Shown here: positions 38,314 to 48,884 of the stretch, one piece after another
Numbering within the stretch: position 1 is the first letter of the stretch
How the letters are laid out: each line of letters starts with the position of its first letter
DNA from: an uncultured Actinomycetota bacterium
GTDB taxonomy: Bacteria; Actinomycetota; Thermoleophilia; Solirubrobacterales; Solirubrobacteraceae
DNA length: 64,000 bases
Assembly (NCBI GenBank): GCA_963818135.1
Contig: CAWFRF010000032.1
Coordinates: 38-64,037 of the forward strand
Direction: 5' to 3'
Program-made: the position numbers and the translations under genes
The notes under the pieces: model-generated
Told to the model about the DNA's origin: nothing
What the model saw: only the letters and a program-made list of their open reading frames with translations
Databases searched by the model: none

Positions 38314-39021
38314 TGGGGCGGCTTGCGGCCACCGAGCGCTCGGCGCCGCGCGCGGACGCGCTCAGCAGCTTCCTGCCGGCCGTGCTGATCATGGCGCGAG
38401 CGCCGCGCCGCGGCGAGGTGCGCCACGCGCTCGGAGCCGCTGATCGGGCTCGACGGCTGTGTGGCGCTGCAGACTGCACTGCTCATGGAGGCGCTGCGCT
38501 GGGCGCGGACGCTGTCCCCGCGCGAGATCTACATTGCGCACGATCCGGCCGACGCCGGCCGTGATCTGCAGCGCCTGGCCGGCGAGGACGCGATCCTGTT
38601 CCCGCAGAACGGCGACGGCATCGCCGGCCGCGTTGCTGACGCCGTCGGCCGCGTCTCGGCCCACTCCTCCGGCCCGATCGCGATCGTCTGGCCCGACCTT
38701 CCACGCTTCAGCCAGGTCCACGCCGAGGCGACCCGGCTCGACCTCTCGGGCGGCGCCGATCTGGTGCTCGGCCCCGTGTTCGACGGCGGCTTCTACCTGA
38801 TCGCCCTGGCGCGCCCGCTGCCGTCGCTGTTCGCGCTGGCCGAGCAGGTCTGGCGCGGCCCCGACTCCTTCAACCAGGTCCTGCTCGCCGCGACCCGCTC
38901 CGGGTTGGAGGTCGGGGTGCTGCGGGGTGAGCGGGCGCTGCACCGCCCTGCCGATGTGCGTGCGGCGCTGGCCGACCCGTTGTTGCCGGAGGCGGTGGCG
39001 AGGGCGTTGGGGAGGAAGTAG
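38313..39021 (+). CDS. DUF2064 / CofC-like transferase; frameshifted
   Basis: LIMARAPRRG, FPQNG, PDLP, LVLGPVFDGGFYLIAL. Confidence 0.75.
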
Positions 39022-39088
39022 CGGCGCGTCGCGGCGTGAGGTCCAGGTTCGAATTCCGGCCCGTAAAGTACCGTGGTACCTGCCACAT

Positions 39089-39159
39089 TGGGGAGTGGTG
39101 TAACGGCAGCACAGGGGCCTTTGGAGCCCTTAGTTCAGGTTCGAATCCTGGCTCCCCAG
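39089..39159 (+). tRNA. tRNA-Gln(UUG); CCA not encoded
   Basis: Acceptor TGGGGAG/CTCCCCA; anticodon loop CT-TTG-GA; T arm GGTTCGAATCC; usual position upstream of glmU. Confidence 0.95.
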
Positions 39160-39208
39160 TTGACGCGGCGATGTGTGCCGGTTCGCGTCGATGCCGCCAC
39201 GCGGGGCA

Positions 39209-39321
39209 TGCTTAAACCGACAAATCGACGCCACCGAAGTCGATTTGTCCGTATGTGCACGAAAATCAGCGCTAAACCGACAAATCGCGGCGAACGCGGG
39301 TGCGATTTGTCGGTCTGAGCA
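39209..39321. repeat. Double-hairpin REP/MITE-like element
   Basis: Four GACAAATCG cores in alternating orientation; 17/19 terminal inverted repeat. Confidence 0.75.
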
Positions 39322-39368
39322 CGTAGCTCTGGCTCGTCACCATCGCGCCTCGTCTAGCATCACGCCTC

Positions 39369-40786
39369 GTGAGCGGACCCGTCGTAGTCATCCTCGCCGC
39401 CGGTCAGGGCACGCGGATGCGCTCGAAGACGCCCAAGCTTCTGCATGAGGTCTGCGGGCGGCCGATGATCGGCTGGGTCGTGGAAGCGGCCAGAGATGCT
39501 GGGGCCGGGAAGATCGTGGTCGTCGACGCGCCCGGTGAGCCGCTGAAGTCGAGCTGGGCGACGACGTGCTGAGCGTGGTCCAGGAGCAGGCGCTCGGGAC
39601 CGCGGACGCACTGCGCGCGGCGCAGGCGCACATCGATCACGACGCTTCCGTCGTCGTGCTGGCCGGCGACGTGCCGCTGATCATGCCGGAGACCATCGCG
39701 TCCCTGGCGCGAGCCCAGCACGAAACCGGCGCGGCGGCGACGATCCTGACCGCGATCTTCGAGGACCCGACGGGATACGGGCGTGTGGTTCGCGCCGCGG
39801 ACGGCACCGTCGAGAAGGTCGTGGAGACCAAGCGGCCGGAGGACGCAACGCCCGACGGAGCTCGAGATCAAAGAGATCAACGTCGCCATATACGCCTTTG
39901 CCGGCGCGGCGCTGCTGCCGGCGCTGGCGCGGGTCGGCAACAACAACGCCCAGGGCGAGTACTACCTCCCGGACGTGCTGCCGCTGCTCCGTACGCAGGG
40001 CCACCTGGTGACAGCGCTCGCGCTTCACGACGTCGAGCAGACGCTCGGGGTCAACGATCGCGTGCAGCTGGCCGCGGTCAGAACCGTGGCCCAGCGCCGG
40101 ATCAACGAGGAGCTGATGCTCGGCGGCGCGACGATCATCGACCCCGACCACACCGTGATCGACGTCGGGGTCGAGCTCGCGCCCGACACGCGTGATCCAT
40201 CCCGGCACGGCGCTGCACGGTACGACCAGCGTGGGGGAGGGCTCTGTGATCGGCCCGCACACCACGCTCACCGACGTCTCGGTCGGCTCCAACTCGGAGG
40301 TCGTCCACAGCCACGCCACCGGCGCGACGATCGGGGACGGCGTCAGCGTCGGCCCGTTCAGCTACCTGCGCCCGGGCACGCTGCTGCACGACGGCTCGAA
40401 GGTCGGGCGCCTTCGTTGAGATCAAGAACGCCGAGGTCGGCGCGCGCACCAAGGTGCCGCACCTGAGCTACATCGGGGACGCCACCATCGGCGAGGACAC
40501 GAACCTCGCCGCCAGCACGATCACGGCAAATTACGACGGCTACGTCAAGCACCGCACGACGATCGGATCGCGTGTGCACACGGCGGTCGACACGACCTTC
40601 GTGGCCCCAGTCGAGGTCGGTGACGACGCCTGGATCGGTGCAGGCTCGGTCATCACCAAGGACGTCCCTGACGGCGCGCTCGGGATCGCGCGCGAGCGCC
40701 AGCGGAACATCGAGGACTACAACGATCGCGTGCGTGAGCGTCAGCGCGGCGAGACGAGCCTGACAAGCACTGAGCGTGGGAACTGA
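39369..40786 (+). CDS. glmU: Bifunctional GlmU; frameshifted
   Basis: [47 protein letters not shown]. Confidence 0.93.
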
Positions 40787-40825
40787 AACATTTCATCCTC
40801 GGCGATGCGTACCATCCTCGGGGCG

Positions 40826-41845
40826 ATGAGCGTCGCCGAAATGCCGTATGGGTCCACTGAGATGCGTGCCGATCCCGGCAAGCGCCTGATGCTCTTCTCG
40901 GGTCGCGCGAACCGTGTCCTGGCCGCGCGAATCGCCGACCGGCTTGGGGTCGCGCTGGGACAGGTGACAACCAAGACCTTTGCCAACGGCGAGGTCTACT
41001 GCCGCTATGAGGAGTCGGTCCGCGGGGCGGACGTCTTCATCGTGCAGCCGATCATCGGCAACCCCAAGGAGGGCCTCAGCACCAACGATGCGCTGATGGA
41101 GCTGCTGGTGATGGTCGACGCGGCCGTCGGCGGCTCGGCTCACCGCGTGATCGCGGTCTGCCCCTGGTACGGCTACTCGCGCCAGGACAAGAAGTCAGCG
41201 CCGCGCGAGCCGATCAGCGCGCGCCTGGTCGCTCACATGCTGGAGGCGGCGGGCATCGATCGGATCCTGACGATGGACCTCCACGCCGGCCAGATCCAGG
41301 GCTTCTTCCAGAAGCCCTGCGATCACATGACCGCGATGTTCATCCTCACGCAGTACTTCACCGACCTCGGGCTCGATGACCTCGTGGTCGTGGCGCCGGA
41401 CGCCGGACGCGTGAAGTTGAACAAGGCCTTCGCCGCCAAGATGGGCGCCGACCTCGCGATCCTCAACAAGGAGCGCCCCGCCCAGCAGGTTGCCGAGATC
41501 AACTACGTGATCGGTGACGTCCGCGGCAAGACCGCCGTGATCGTCGATGACATCATCGGCACCGCCGGGACGCTGCGCGCTGCCGCCGATGCGGTCAAGG
41601 ACGCGGGCGCAAGCCGCGTGTACGCGGCTGCGACCCACGGGCTCTTCTCCGGCGACGCCTATGAGAACCTGGTCGCCTCGGGCTTCGAGCAGGTCGTCGT
41701 CACCGACACCGTGCCGCTGCCGGACGGCGCCCCGGAGTTCGTCAAGGTGCTGTCGGTCGCGGACCTGCTGACGAGCTCGATCCGCCAGATCTTCACGGAC
41801 GGCTCGCTGTCGGACGTGTTCGGCGGCGAGAACCAGCTTTTCTGA
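40826..41845 (+). CDS. prs: Ribose-phosphate pyrophosphokinase
   Basis: FANGE, YSRQDKK, MDLHAGQIQGFF, IVDDIIGTAGT. Confidence 0.96.
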   Translation: MSVAEMPYGSTEMRADPGKRLMLFSGRANRVLAARIADRLGVALGQVTTKTFANGEVYCRYEESVRGADVFIVQPIIGNPKEGLSTNDALMELLVMVDAAVGGSAHRVIAVCPWYGYSRQDKKSAPREPISARLVAHMLEAAGIDRILTMDLHAGQIQGFFQKPCDHMTAMFILTQYFTDLGLDDLVVVAPDAGRVKLNKAFAAKMGADLAILNKERPAQQVAEINYVIGDVRGKTAVIVDDIIGTAGTLRAAADAVKDAGASRVYAAATHGLFSGDAYENLVASGFEQVVVTDTVPLPDGAPEFVKVLSVADLLTSSIRQIFTDGSLSDVFGGENQLF

Positions 41846-42048
41846 GCGCCCCGCGCCCGCCTGCAGCCGCTCAGCTGGGCGGCCGGCGGCCGCCATTTCG
41901 CGAAACGTGGGCGGCCGGCGGCCGCCATTTGGCCCGCCCGCCGGGGCGGCCGCCGGCCTCCGCTTTTCAACCCATCCGGGCCTCGACGCCCCAGCCAACG
42001 CGATCGGGCGTGTTGAGCTCCTGCCAGAAGCTGACCTCGGGCTCGCCC

Positions 42049-42303
42049 TCAAGACCAACGGCCGCCATCATCGGGCGGATCTCGCCCTGCCGACTCGCCA
42101 AAGAACGCCTGGAAACTCTCGACATCCGGCCACTCGTCGAGCACCATCATGTTGCCGCTGCCGTCGCTGTAGAAGCGGTGCGCGATCACGCCGTGCTGTT
42201 CGGCCTTCTTGATGATGCCCACGAGTACGTCCTCGTGCGCGTTAGCCCAGGACTCGAGCTTGCTGCCATCTGCCTTGAAGCGCAGCGTCACGATCACTGA
42301 CAT
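42049..42303 (-). CDS. Small ABM/dimeric alpha-beta barrel-like protein
   Basis: GVIAHRFY..MVLDEWPDVESFQAFF; GGAGA RBS; C-terminus probably frameshifted. Confidence 0.6.
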   Translation of the reverse strand: MSVIVTLRFKADGSKLESWANAHEDVLVGIIKKAEQHGVIAHRFYSDGSGNMMVLDEWPDVESFQAFFGESAGRDPPDDGGRWS

Positions 42304-42463
42304 TTGTCCGTCTCCCCGGTTTGGTGGACGATGTTGTGATCCTCGCCGATGCCCACCGCGGTGATGAGAAACTTCTGAGGCCGAGTCGGCCGCACGTCAA
42401 CCCGCATGTAACTTTCAGCAGCGAGTCTTACCAATTTCTCAAGCGCGGCCTCAGTCTTTGCTC

Positions 42464-42873
42464 ATGTCCACCGTTGCGCAGCCAAAAGATCCGCGGCGCG
42501 AGCAGTTGCGTCGGCAGGCGATCCTGCGTCGCCAACAGGTGCTGGAGCGAATCTCGGGCGTGCGCATGCTGATCGTCGGCGGTGTGGTTGCCGCCTCGTG
42601 CGTGCTGGCCGGGTACATGGACGCCAGCGCCCACACGACGCTCGAGTTCCACCACCGGTAGCACCGGATCGGACCTCGGCTCGGCAGGATCCGGCTACGG
42701 CAACTACGGCACGCTACGGCGACTACAGCAACGGCGGCGGCTCGAGCAACTACGGCAGCAACTACGGTGGCGGCTCGAGCAACGACGGCGGCAGCGGCCA
42801 GAGCCTGTTCGGCGGTGGCTCGCCTCCGAGCTCGTCCTCAGGCAGCGGCGGAGTCGTCTCGGGAGGCTCGTAG
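42464..42873 (+). CDS. Single-TM protein with Gly/Ser/Tyr-rich tether ending in VVSGGS; candidate ApbE substrate; frameshifted
   Basis: Three frames join to give an Arg-rich N-terminus, TM, low-complexity linker and ..SSSSGSGGVVSGGS*; its stop overlaps the apbE start. Confidence 0.65.
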
Positions 42874-43797
42874 TGCCGACGGCCGCCGCAGCGGAGACAC
42901 TCGGCCGGGCCGAGTTCCCACTCTGGGGCGGCCAAGCGGTTGTATCTGTCACCGAGCGCTCCGGCCTGGCGGCGGCGCTCGCGCACGTCAAGCGCACGGT
43001 GGCGGCGTTCGACCTGAGCTGCTCGAACTTCCGCGAGGACTCGGAGCTGGCGCTGCTCAACCAGTCGCCGCGGCGAGGACGTCGTGGTCAGCAAGCTGCT
43101 GTTCGATGCCGTGCGCGAGGCGCTGCGGGCGGCGCAGCTGACCGGCGGTGCCGTCGACCCGACGGTCGGCCAGGTGCTCGTCGCCCACCACATCAATCCG
43201 CCGCTCAGCGATCAGCCCGTCCGGATCGAGCCGGTCCCTGGCTATACGGTCGTGAAACTCGACGAGGCAAGACGCACCATCAGGCTGCCGGCCGGCGCGC
43301 AGCTGGATCTTGGTGCAACCGCCAAGGCGCTCGCCGCCGACATGGCCGCCGAGGCGGGTCGCGCGGCCGCCGGCTGCGGAGTGCTGGTCGGCCTCTGTGG
43401 TGACATCGCCGTCGCCGGCGAGACGCCCCCGGGCGGTTGGGGGATCCGCGTGACCGACGATCACCGTCACGGCGAGGCGCCGGGACAGACCGTCGCGATC
43501 CAGTCGGGTGGCCTGGCAACCTCATCAGTCACGGTGCGCCGCTCGGGCACCGGCGCCGACGCGGTCAGCCATCTGATCAACCCGGGGACCGGTCAGCCGG
43601 TCGACGGTCCCTGGCGGACAGTGAGCGTGACCGCCGCCTCCTGCGTGGACGCCAACATCGCCAGCACGGCGGCGATCGTGCTCGGGGACGACGCGCTCGG
43701 TTGGCTCGAGGCCAATCAGCTTCCCGCCCGGCTGGTCACCCACGACGGCACGGTCAGCTACGTCGCCGGGTGGCCGCAGGACGGCGACGACCTGTGA
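42873..43797 (+). CDS. apbE: FAD:protein FMN transferase; one frameshift
   Basis: CSNFREDSEL..LN, TGGAVDPTVG, LDLGATAKA, GDIA, GLATSS, HLINPGTG, ANIASTAA. Confidence 0.92.
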
Positions 43798-44430
43798 TCG
43801 TCGCCGCCGCCAACGCCTCAACCTGGGCCTGGTACTTCTCCCGCGCGACCGGGATGGTGGCGCTGGTGCTGCTCACCGCGATCATCGTTGCTCGGCGTGC
43901 TCGGTCCGCTCCGCGTCTCGCAGCGAGCTCTGGCCGCGCTTTGCGATCCGCACGCTGCACCGTGACATCTCACTGCTGGCCCTGCTGGTGGTCGCGATCC
44001 ACGTCGTGACGATCGTGATGGACAGCTACGTCAAGGTGCCGCTCTCGGCGGCGATCCTGCCCTGGGGTTCCTCGTTCGACCCGTTCTGGGTCGCCATCGG
44101 GGCGCTGGCCTTCGACCTGATGATCGCGCTCGTCGTCACCAGCCTGCTGCGCGTCCGCCTCGGGTTTCCGCACCTGGCGCTTGATCCACTGGGCCGCCTA
44201 CGCGACCTGGCCAATGGCGGTTGCGCACGGTCTCGCCACCGGCACCGACAGCGGCTCGACCTGGGCGCTGGCGCTGACGGTCGCGTGCATTGGCGCGGTG
44301 GCTGTCGCGGTGGCTCTGCGCGTGCAGAGCGGCGCGGCGGCAAAGACGCTCGAGGTCTTAGCCCAGAGCGGCCCCGCCGCTGCTTGGGCCGCTCTGCTGC
44401 AGCGTCCCCGGGTCCGGCGCGCGACCAACC
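43794..44430 (+). CDS. Ferric-reductase-like (MsrQ-type) heme transmembrane protein; frameshifted, end approximate
   Basis: WYFSRATG, LHRDIS, AIHV, TSLLR, IHWAAY, AHGL..GTD (four His). Confidence 0.8.
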
Positions 44431-45481
44431 TCAAAGCTCGCGCTCGCCGCTCCCACGCACGATCAGGTCGACCGGCAGCATCACGCGCTGCGGCGGGCGC
44501 TCATCGCCGTCGATGCGGCTGAAGGCGAGCTGGGCTGCGACCTGGCCGATGCGGTAGGGGTCGGTCCGCACCACGGTGATGCCGAGCAGGTCCGCGAGCT
44601 CGAACTCGTCGAAGCCGACCAGGGCGACATCCTGATCACCGTCATGCAGCGCGTGCATCGCGCCCACGGTGCAGCGGTTGTTGGCCGCGAAGATCGCCGT
44701 CGGCCGCTGCTCCGGCGGCAGATCCAACAGCTGAAGCACCGCCGCGTGCGCCGACTCCCAGGTGCTGTGTCCCATCGAGATGAGCTCGGGCGCCGGCGTC
44801 AGCCCGGCGCGCTCGAACGCGTGCGTGTAGCCGGCGAGGCGCTCGCCCGCCGTGTAGAGCCCGCGGCTGTCGCCGACGATCGCGACGCGCCGATGGCCCT
44901 GGCGCAGCAGGTGCGCGACCGCGATCTGCGCGCCGGCGGCGTTGTCGACGAGCACCGTGTCGGCGTCGGTCTTGGCAGGCGGGCGATCGAGGAACACGGT
45001 GTGGCCGACGAAGCCCGCGCGGGCGATGTAGCGGTGGTCGGGTCCGGCGGGCACGATCAGCAGCGCGTCGACGCGCCGGCGCAGCAGCGCTGTCACCAGC
45101 TCGCGCTCGCGGGCCGGGTCCTCACGCGCGGAGGTGGTGATCAGCAGGCTCGAGTGCTCGCGCGCGATGTCCTCGACCGCCTGGGCCACCCGCGCGTAGA
45201 AGGGGTTGGCGACGTCCTCGATCACCAGCCCGATGGTGTTGGAGCCGACGCCGCTGCGCAGGCTGGCCGCGAGGTCGTTGCGCTCGTAGCCGAGCGCCTC
45301 GATCGCGGCCTCGACCTTGCTCAGCGTCGCCGGCGTGACCCCGGGCTCGCCGTTGATCACGCGCGAGACCGTCTTGAGGCTGACGCCCGCCGCGACCGCG
45401 AGGTCGTTCATCGTCGTCTGCGGGCGTCGTCCGCGCTGACTGCGGGCGTCGGCGCGGAGACTCGGAGCTCTGCGGGTCCAT
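44431..45481 (-). CDS. LacI family transcriptional regulator
   Basis: TMNDLAVAAGVSLKTVSRVIN; ALVGFD; start uncertain (45411-45502). Confidence 0.92.
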
Positions 45482-45562
45482 CGGTGTCTGCGGGGGCTCC
45501 ATTGGCGTGTGCGCTGCGAAACGTACGGGTCCGAGCGGTTGAATGCCACGTCCCGACAAATT

Positions 45563-45606
45563 GACAACGTTGTCGCTTGACATCTTGACAACGTTGTCAT
45601 TACGCT
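45563..45606 (+). promoter_or_regulatory. Sigma-70 promoter with two LacI-type operators
   Basis: GACAACGTTGTC at 45563 and 45587; TTGACA (45577)-18 nt-TACGCT (45601). Confidence 0.8.
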
Positions 45607-45616
45607 ACAAGCGAGG

Positions 45617-46932
45617 ATGAGTGAGGACAGGGAAGAGGCTCTGCGCCGTTTCGACGATGCGCGAGCCGTGATTGGCGATGCAGCGGCGCCCGCGGCGACG
45701 GCGTCCGACGGGCTGCGCGAGCCGGCCAGCAGCCACCGAGGCGCGCCGGCCCACCAGGCAGCGGCCACCGACGCGCGCCGACCGACCAGCAGCGGCCACC
45801 GACGGCGCGCCGACCGACCAGGCAGCGGCCACCGCAGCGCTGCCGACCAGCAGCGACCGCCGACAGCGGCCGTCGACCACGCAGCGCAGCGGCACCCGGT
45901 CCCGGCCCATGCTCCTGCCCCCGAACCCCGTCTTCCGCTTCTACAAGGGCGGCGCCGGCATCGACGCCTTCCGCGGGCTCGAGCCCGGCAGCGGCCCCGG
46001 CGCCCCCGAGGACTGGGTCGGCTCGACGACGACCTCGTTCGGCCACGACACCGAGGGGCTGGCCACGCTCGCCGACGGCCGCATCCTGAGGGACGTCATC
46101 GACGCAGATCCGGAAAGCTTCCTCGGCCCTAAGCATGTCGCCGCGCTCGGCTCCAACCCTGGCGTGCTGGTCAAGCTGCTCGATGCCGGCGAGCGCCTCT
46201 CCGTCCACTTCCACCCGGGCCGCGAGTTCGCCAGGGAGCACCTGCACTCGGACTTCGGCAAGACCGAGGCCTGGCTGATCCTGGAAGCTGAGCCGGGGCG
46301 CACATGCACCTCGGGCTGCGTGAGGCGATCGACCTCCAGACCCTGCGTGGCTGGGTCAGCGAGCAGGACTCGGACGTGATGCTGAGCGCGCTCAACAAGG
46401 TGCCGGTGAGCGCCGGTGACGTGCTGTTCGTGCCCGCCGGCACGCTGCACACGATCGGCGCCGGGATCACGCTGATCGAGCTCCAGGAGCCGAGCGACAT
46501 GTCGGTGGTGGTCGAGTGGCGCAACGCCGGCGTCACCAACGGTGATGAGCACCTGCAACTCGGCTGGGATCGGATCCTCCCGGCCGCCGACATCGAGGTC
46601 GACGCCTCCGATCCACGTGCCCGGCCAGGACCAGCGAGCCGAGCAAGTCGAGCATCAAGCGCCTGCTCCCGCCCGAGGCCGACGCCTTCTTCCGCGCCGA
46701 GCAGCTGATCGTGAAGACCGGCGAGCCGCTCCAGCTCCAGCCGCAGTTCTCGATCCTGATCGGCACCGACGGCGAGCTCACGCTCTCCAGCGAGGATCAC
46801 GAACCGCTCGAGCTATCTCGACGGCACGGCGGTGCTCAGTTCCCTTCGGCGCTGGCATGACAACGTTGTCGGGAGCTGGCAGCGCGATTCGTTGCGCTGC
46901 CGCCGGTGGTAGCTCCCGGAGAGACGCGATGA
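45617..46932 (+). CDS. Class I mannose-6-phosphate isomerase-like cupin with repeat-rich N-terminal extension; frameshifted
   Basis: PEDWVGS, LVKLLDAGERLSVHFHP, KTEAW, VPAGTLHTIG, ELQEPSD; alternative start at MLLPPN near 45909. Confidence 0.75.
45729..45890 (+). repeat. Degenerate ~33-nt tandem repeat (AAATDGAPTDQ)
   Basis: GCAGCGGCCACCG recurs about every 32 nt; 3 clear copies plus decayed flanking copies. Confidence 0.75.
46859..46870. promoter_or_regulatory. Third, intragenic LacI-type operator
   Basis: Exact GACAACGTTGTC about 60 nt upstream of the ABC ATPase ATG. Confidence 0.65.
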
Positions 46933-47736
46933 CCGACACGGCCACCACGCCGACGCTCGACGAGCACGAGACCGCGCCGATCCTCGAGGCGCGCGACATC
47001 GTCAAGACCTACGGGCACGTGCACGCTCTCGAGGGCGCCGAACTTCACGGTCTACCCGGGCGAGGTCGTGGCACTGATCGGTGACAACGGCGCCGGCAAG
47101 AGCACGCTGACCAAGGTCATCTCCGGCGTCATCCGTCCCGACAGCGGCGAGCTGCTGTTCGACGGACGGCCGGTCGCAGATCGGCTCGCCCGCGCGCGGC
47201 CCAGCAGCTCGGCATCGAGACCGTCTATCAGGACCTGGCGCTCGCGCCCGACCTCGACGGCGCCGCCAACGTCTACATGGGCCGGGAGCTGCTGAAGCCA
47301 GGGATCCTCGGCAAGCTCGGCGTGCTCGACAAGCGCGCCATGAAAGCGGGCGCGGAGACCGCCTTCAAGGATCTTGGAGTTGCAGTGAAGGACGCCGACG
47401 CTGCCGTCGCCTACCTCTCCGGCGGTCAGCGTCAGGGCGTTGCTGTTGCGCGGGCCGCGTCGTGGGCAAGTCGCGTGATCATCATGGACGAGCCCACGGC
47501 CGCGCTCGGCGTGGTCCAGACCGAGAACGTGCTGAACGTGATCCGGCGCGTCCGCGACAGCGGCGTGGCGGTCGTGCTGATCAGCCACAACATGCCGGAC
47601 GTGCTCAAGGTCGCAGACCGGATCGAGGTGCTGCGTCTCGGCCGCCGCGTGGCGGTCTTCCGCCGCGAGCGAGGCGACGCTCGAGTCGCTCGTCGGGGCA
47701 ATGACCGGCGCCGTCGTCCAGGAGGAAGCGCAGTGA
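46929..47736 (+). CDS. Monosaccharide ABC ATPase (single domain, FrcA-like); frameshifted
   Basis: [31 protein letters not shown]. Confidence 0.88.
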
Positions 47737-48811
47737 GCAGCGGCATCAGCGACCCGACCAAGGCGCCCGAGCCCGGACGGCGTGCCGTCACGCCGCCGAG
47801 CGAGTCGCGGGCGGCGAAGCTGTGGCGAGCCGCCACATCGACCTCGGGATCGCTGCCGATCTTCCTGGCGCTGATCCTGATCGTCGTCGTCTTCTCGATC
47901 ATGAAGCCGAGCGCGTTCCTCGGCTCCTACAACATCAAGTCGATCTTCATCGACGCGTCGGTCGCGCTGACGCTGTCGGTCGGGATGACCTACGTGATCA
48001 TCACCGCCGGCATCGACCTGTCGGTCGGCTCGGTGCTCGTCTTCTCCGGCGTGATCGCGCTGAAGGTGATGGCGGCGCTCGCGGGCGGGCTACACGGCGT
48101 CGACCAATGCGGGCTGGGGCATCATCCTCGTCGGCATCGCCGCCGGGCTCGCGGTCGGCCTCGGCTGGGGTCTGTTGAACGGCGTGCTGATCGCGCTGCT
48201 GGACTCCCGCCGCTGATCGTGACCCTGGGCACCTTCGGCGCCGCGCTCGGCCTCGCCGACGTGCTCACGGGCGGCGTCGACCTGAGCGGCGTGCCGAACA
48301 AACTCGCCAACGACGATCGGGGCCGGCAAGGTCGGTCCGATTCCCGTGCTGGTGCTGATCGCGGGCATCGTGGCGATCGTGCTTCGGGCTGATCCTGCAC
48401 ACGACCAGGTTCGGCCGCTACACGTACGCGATCGGCTCGAACGCCGAGGCGGCGCGCCGCGCCGGCATCAACGTCAAGCGCCACCTGATCAAGGTCTACG
48501 CGCTCGCCGGGCTGCTCTCGGGCCTCGGCGGGGTGCTCAGCCTCGCGTACTTCACGACGACGACGATCTCCGGTCACACGACCGACAACCTGACCGCGAT
48601 CTCCGCGGTCGTGATCGGCGGCACCAGCCTGTTCGGCGGCGTCGGCGCGATGGCCGGCACGGTCGTCGGCGTGTTCATCCCCGTGGTGCTCGCCAGCGGC
48701 CTGGTGATCGTCGGGGTGCAGTCCTTCTGGCAGCAGGTGATGATCGGCGTGATCCTCGTCGCTGCCGTCTACTTCGACCAGCTCCGTCGTCGCGCGAGGT
48801 CGCGGCAGTGA
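47733..48811 (+). CDS. Monosaccharide ABC permease (RbsC family); frameshifted
   Basis: GIDLSVGS, IVTLG, YAIGSN.EAA, VVIGGTSLFGG. Confidence 0.88.
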
Positions 48812-48884
48812 CCGCTGGTCGTTGGCTCAATCACAGGGGCGCCGGCTCGTGCCGGCGCCGCAGGAAGAGGAGGAGAGACAGGCA

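Noticed and set aside
39160-39368. Prophage or ICE integrated at tRNA-Gln
   Set aside because: No integrase and no downstream repeat of the tRNA 3' end; glmU follows directly
45482-45768. Long N-terminal extension of LacI in the ORF track
   Set aside because: Runs through the promoter, the operators and the divergent gene; the HTH begins near 45411
45729-45890. CRISPR array
   Set aside because: Units are contiguous degenerate tandem repeats with no unique spacers, and no cas genes are nearby
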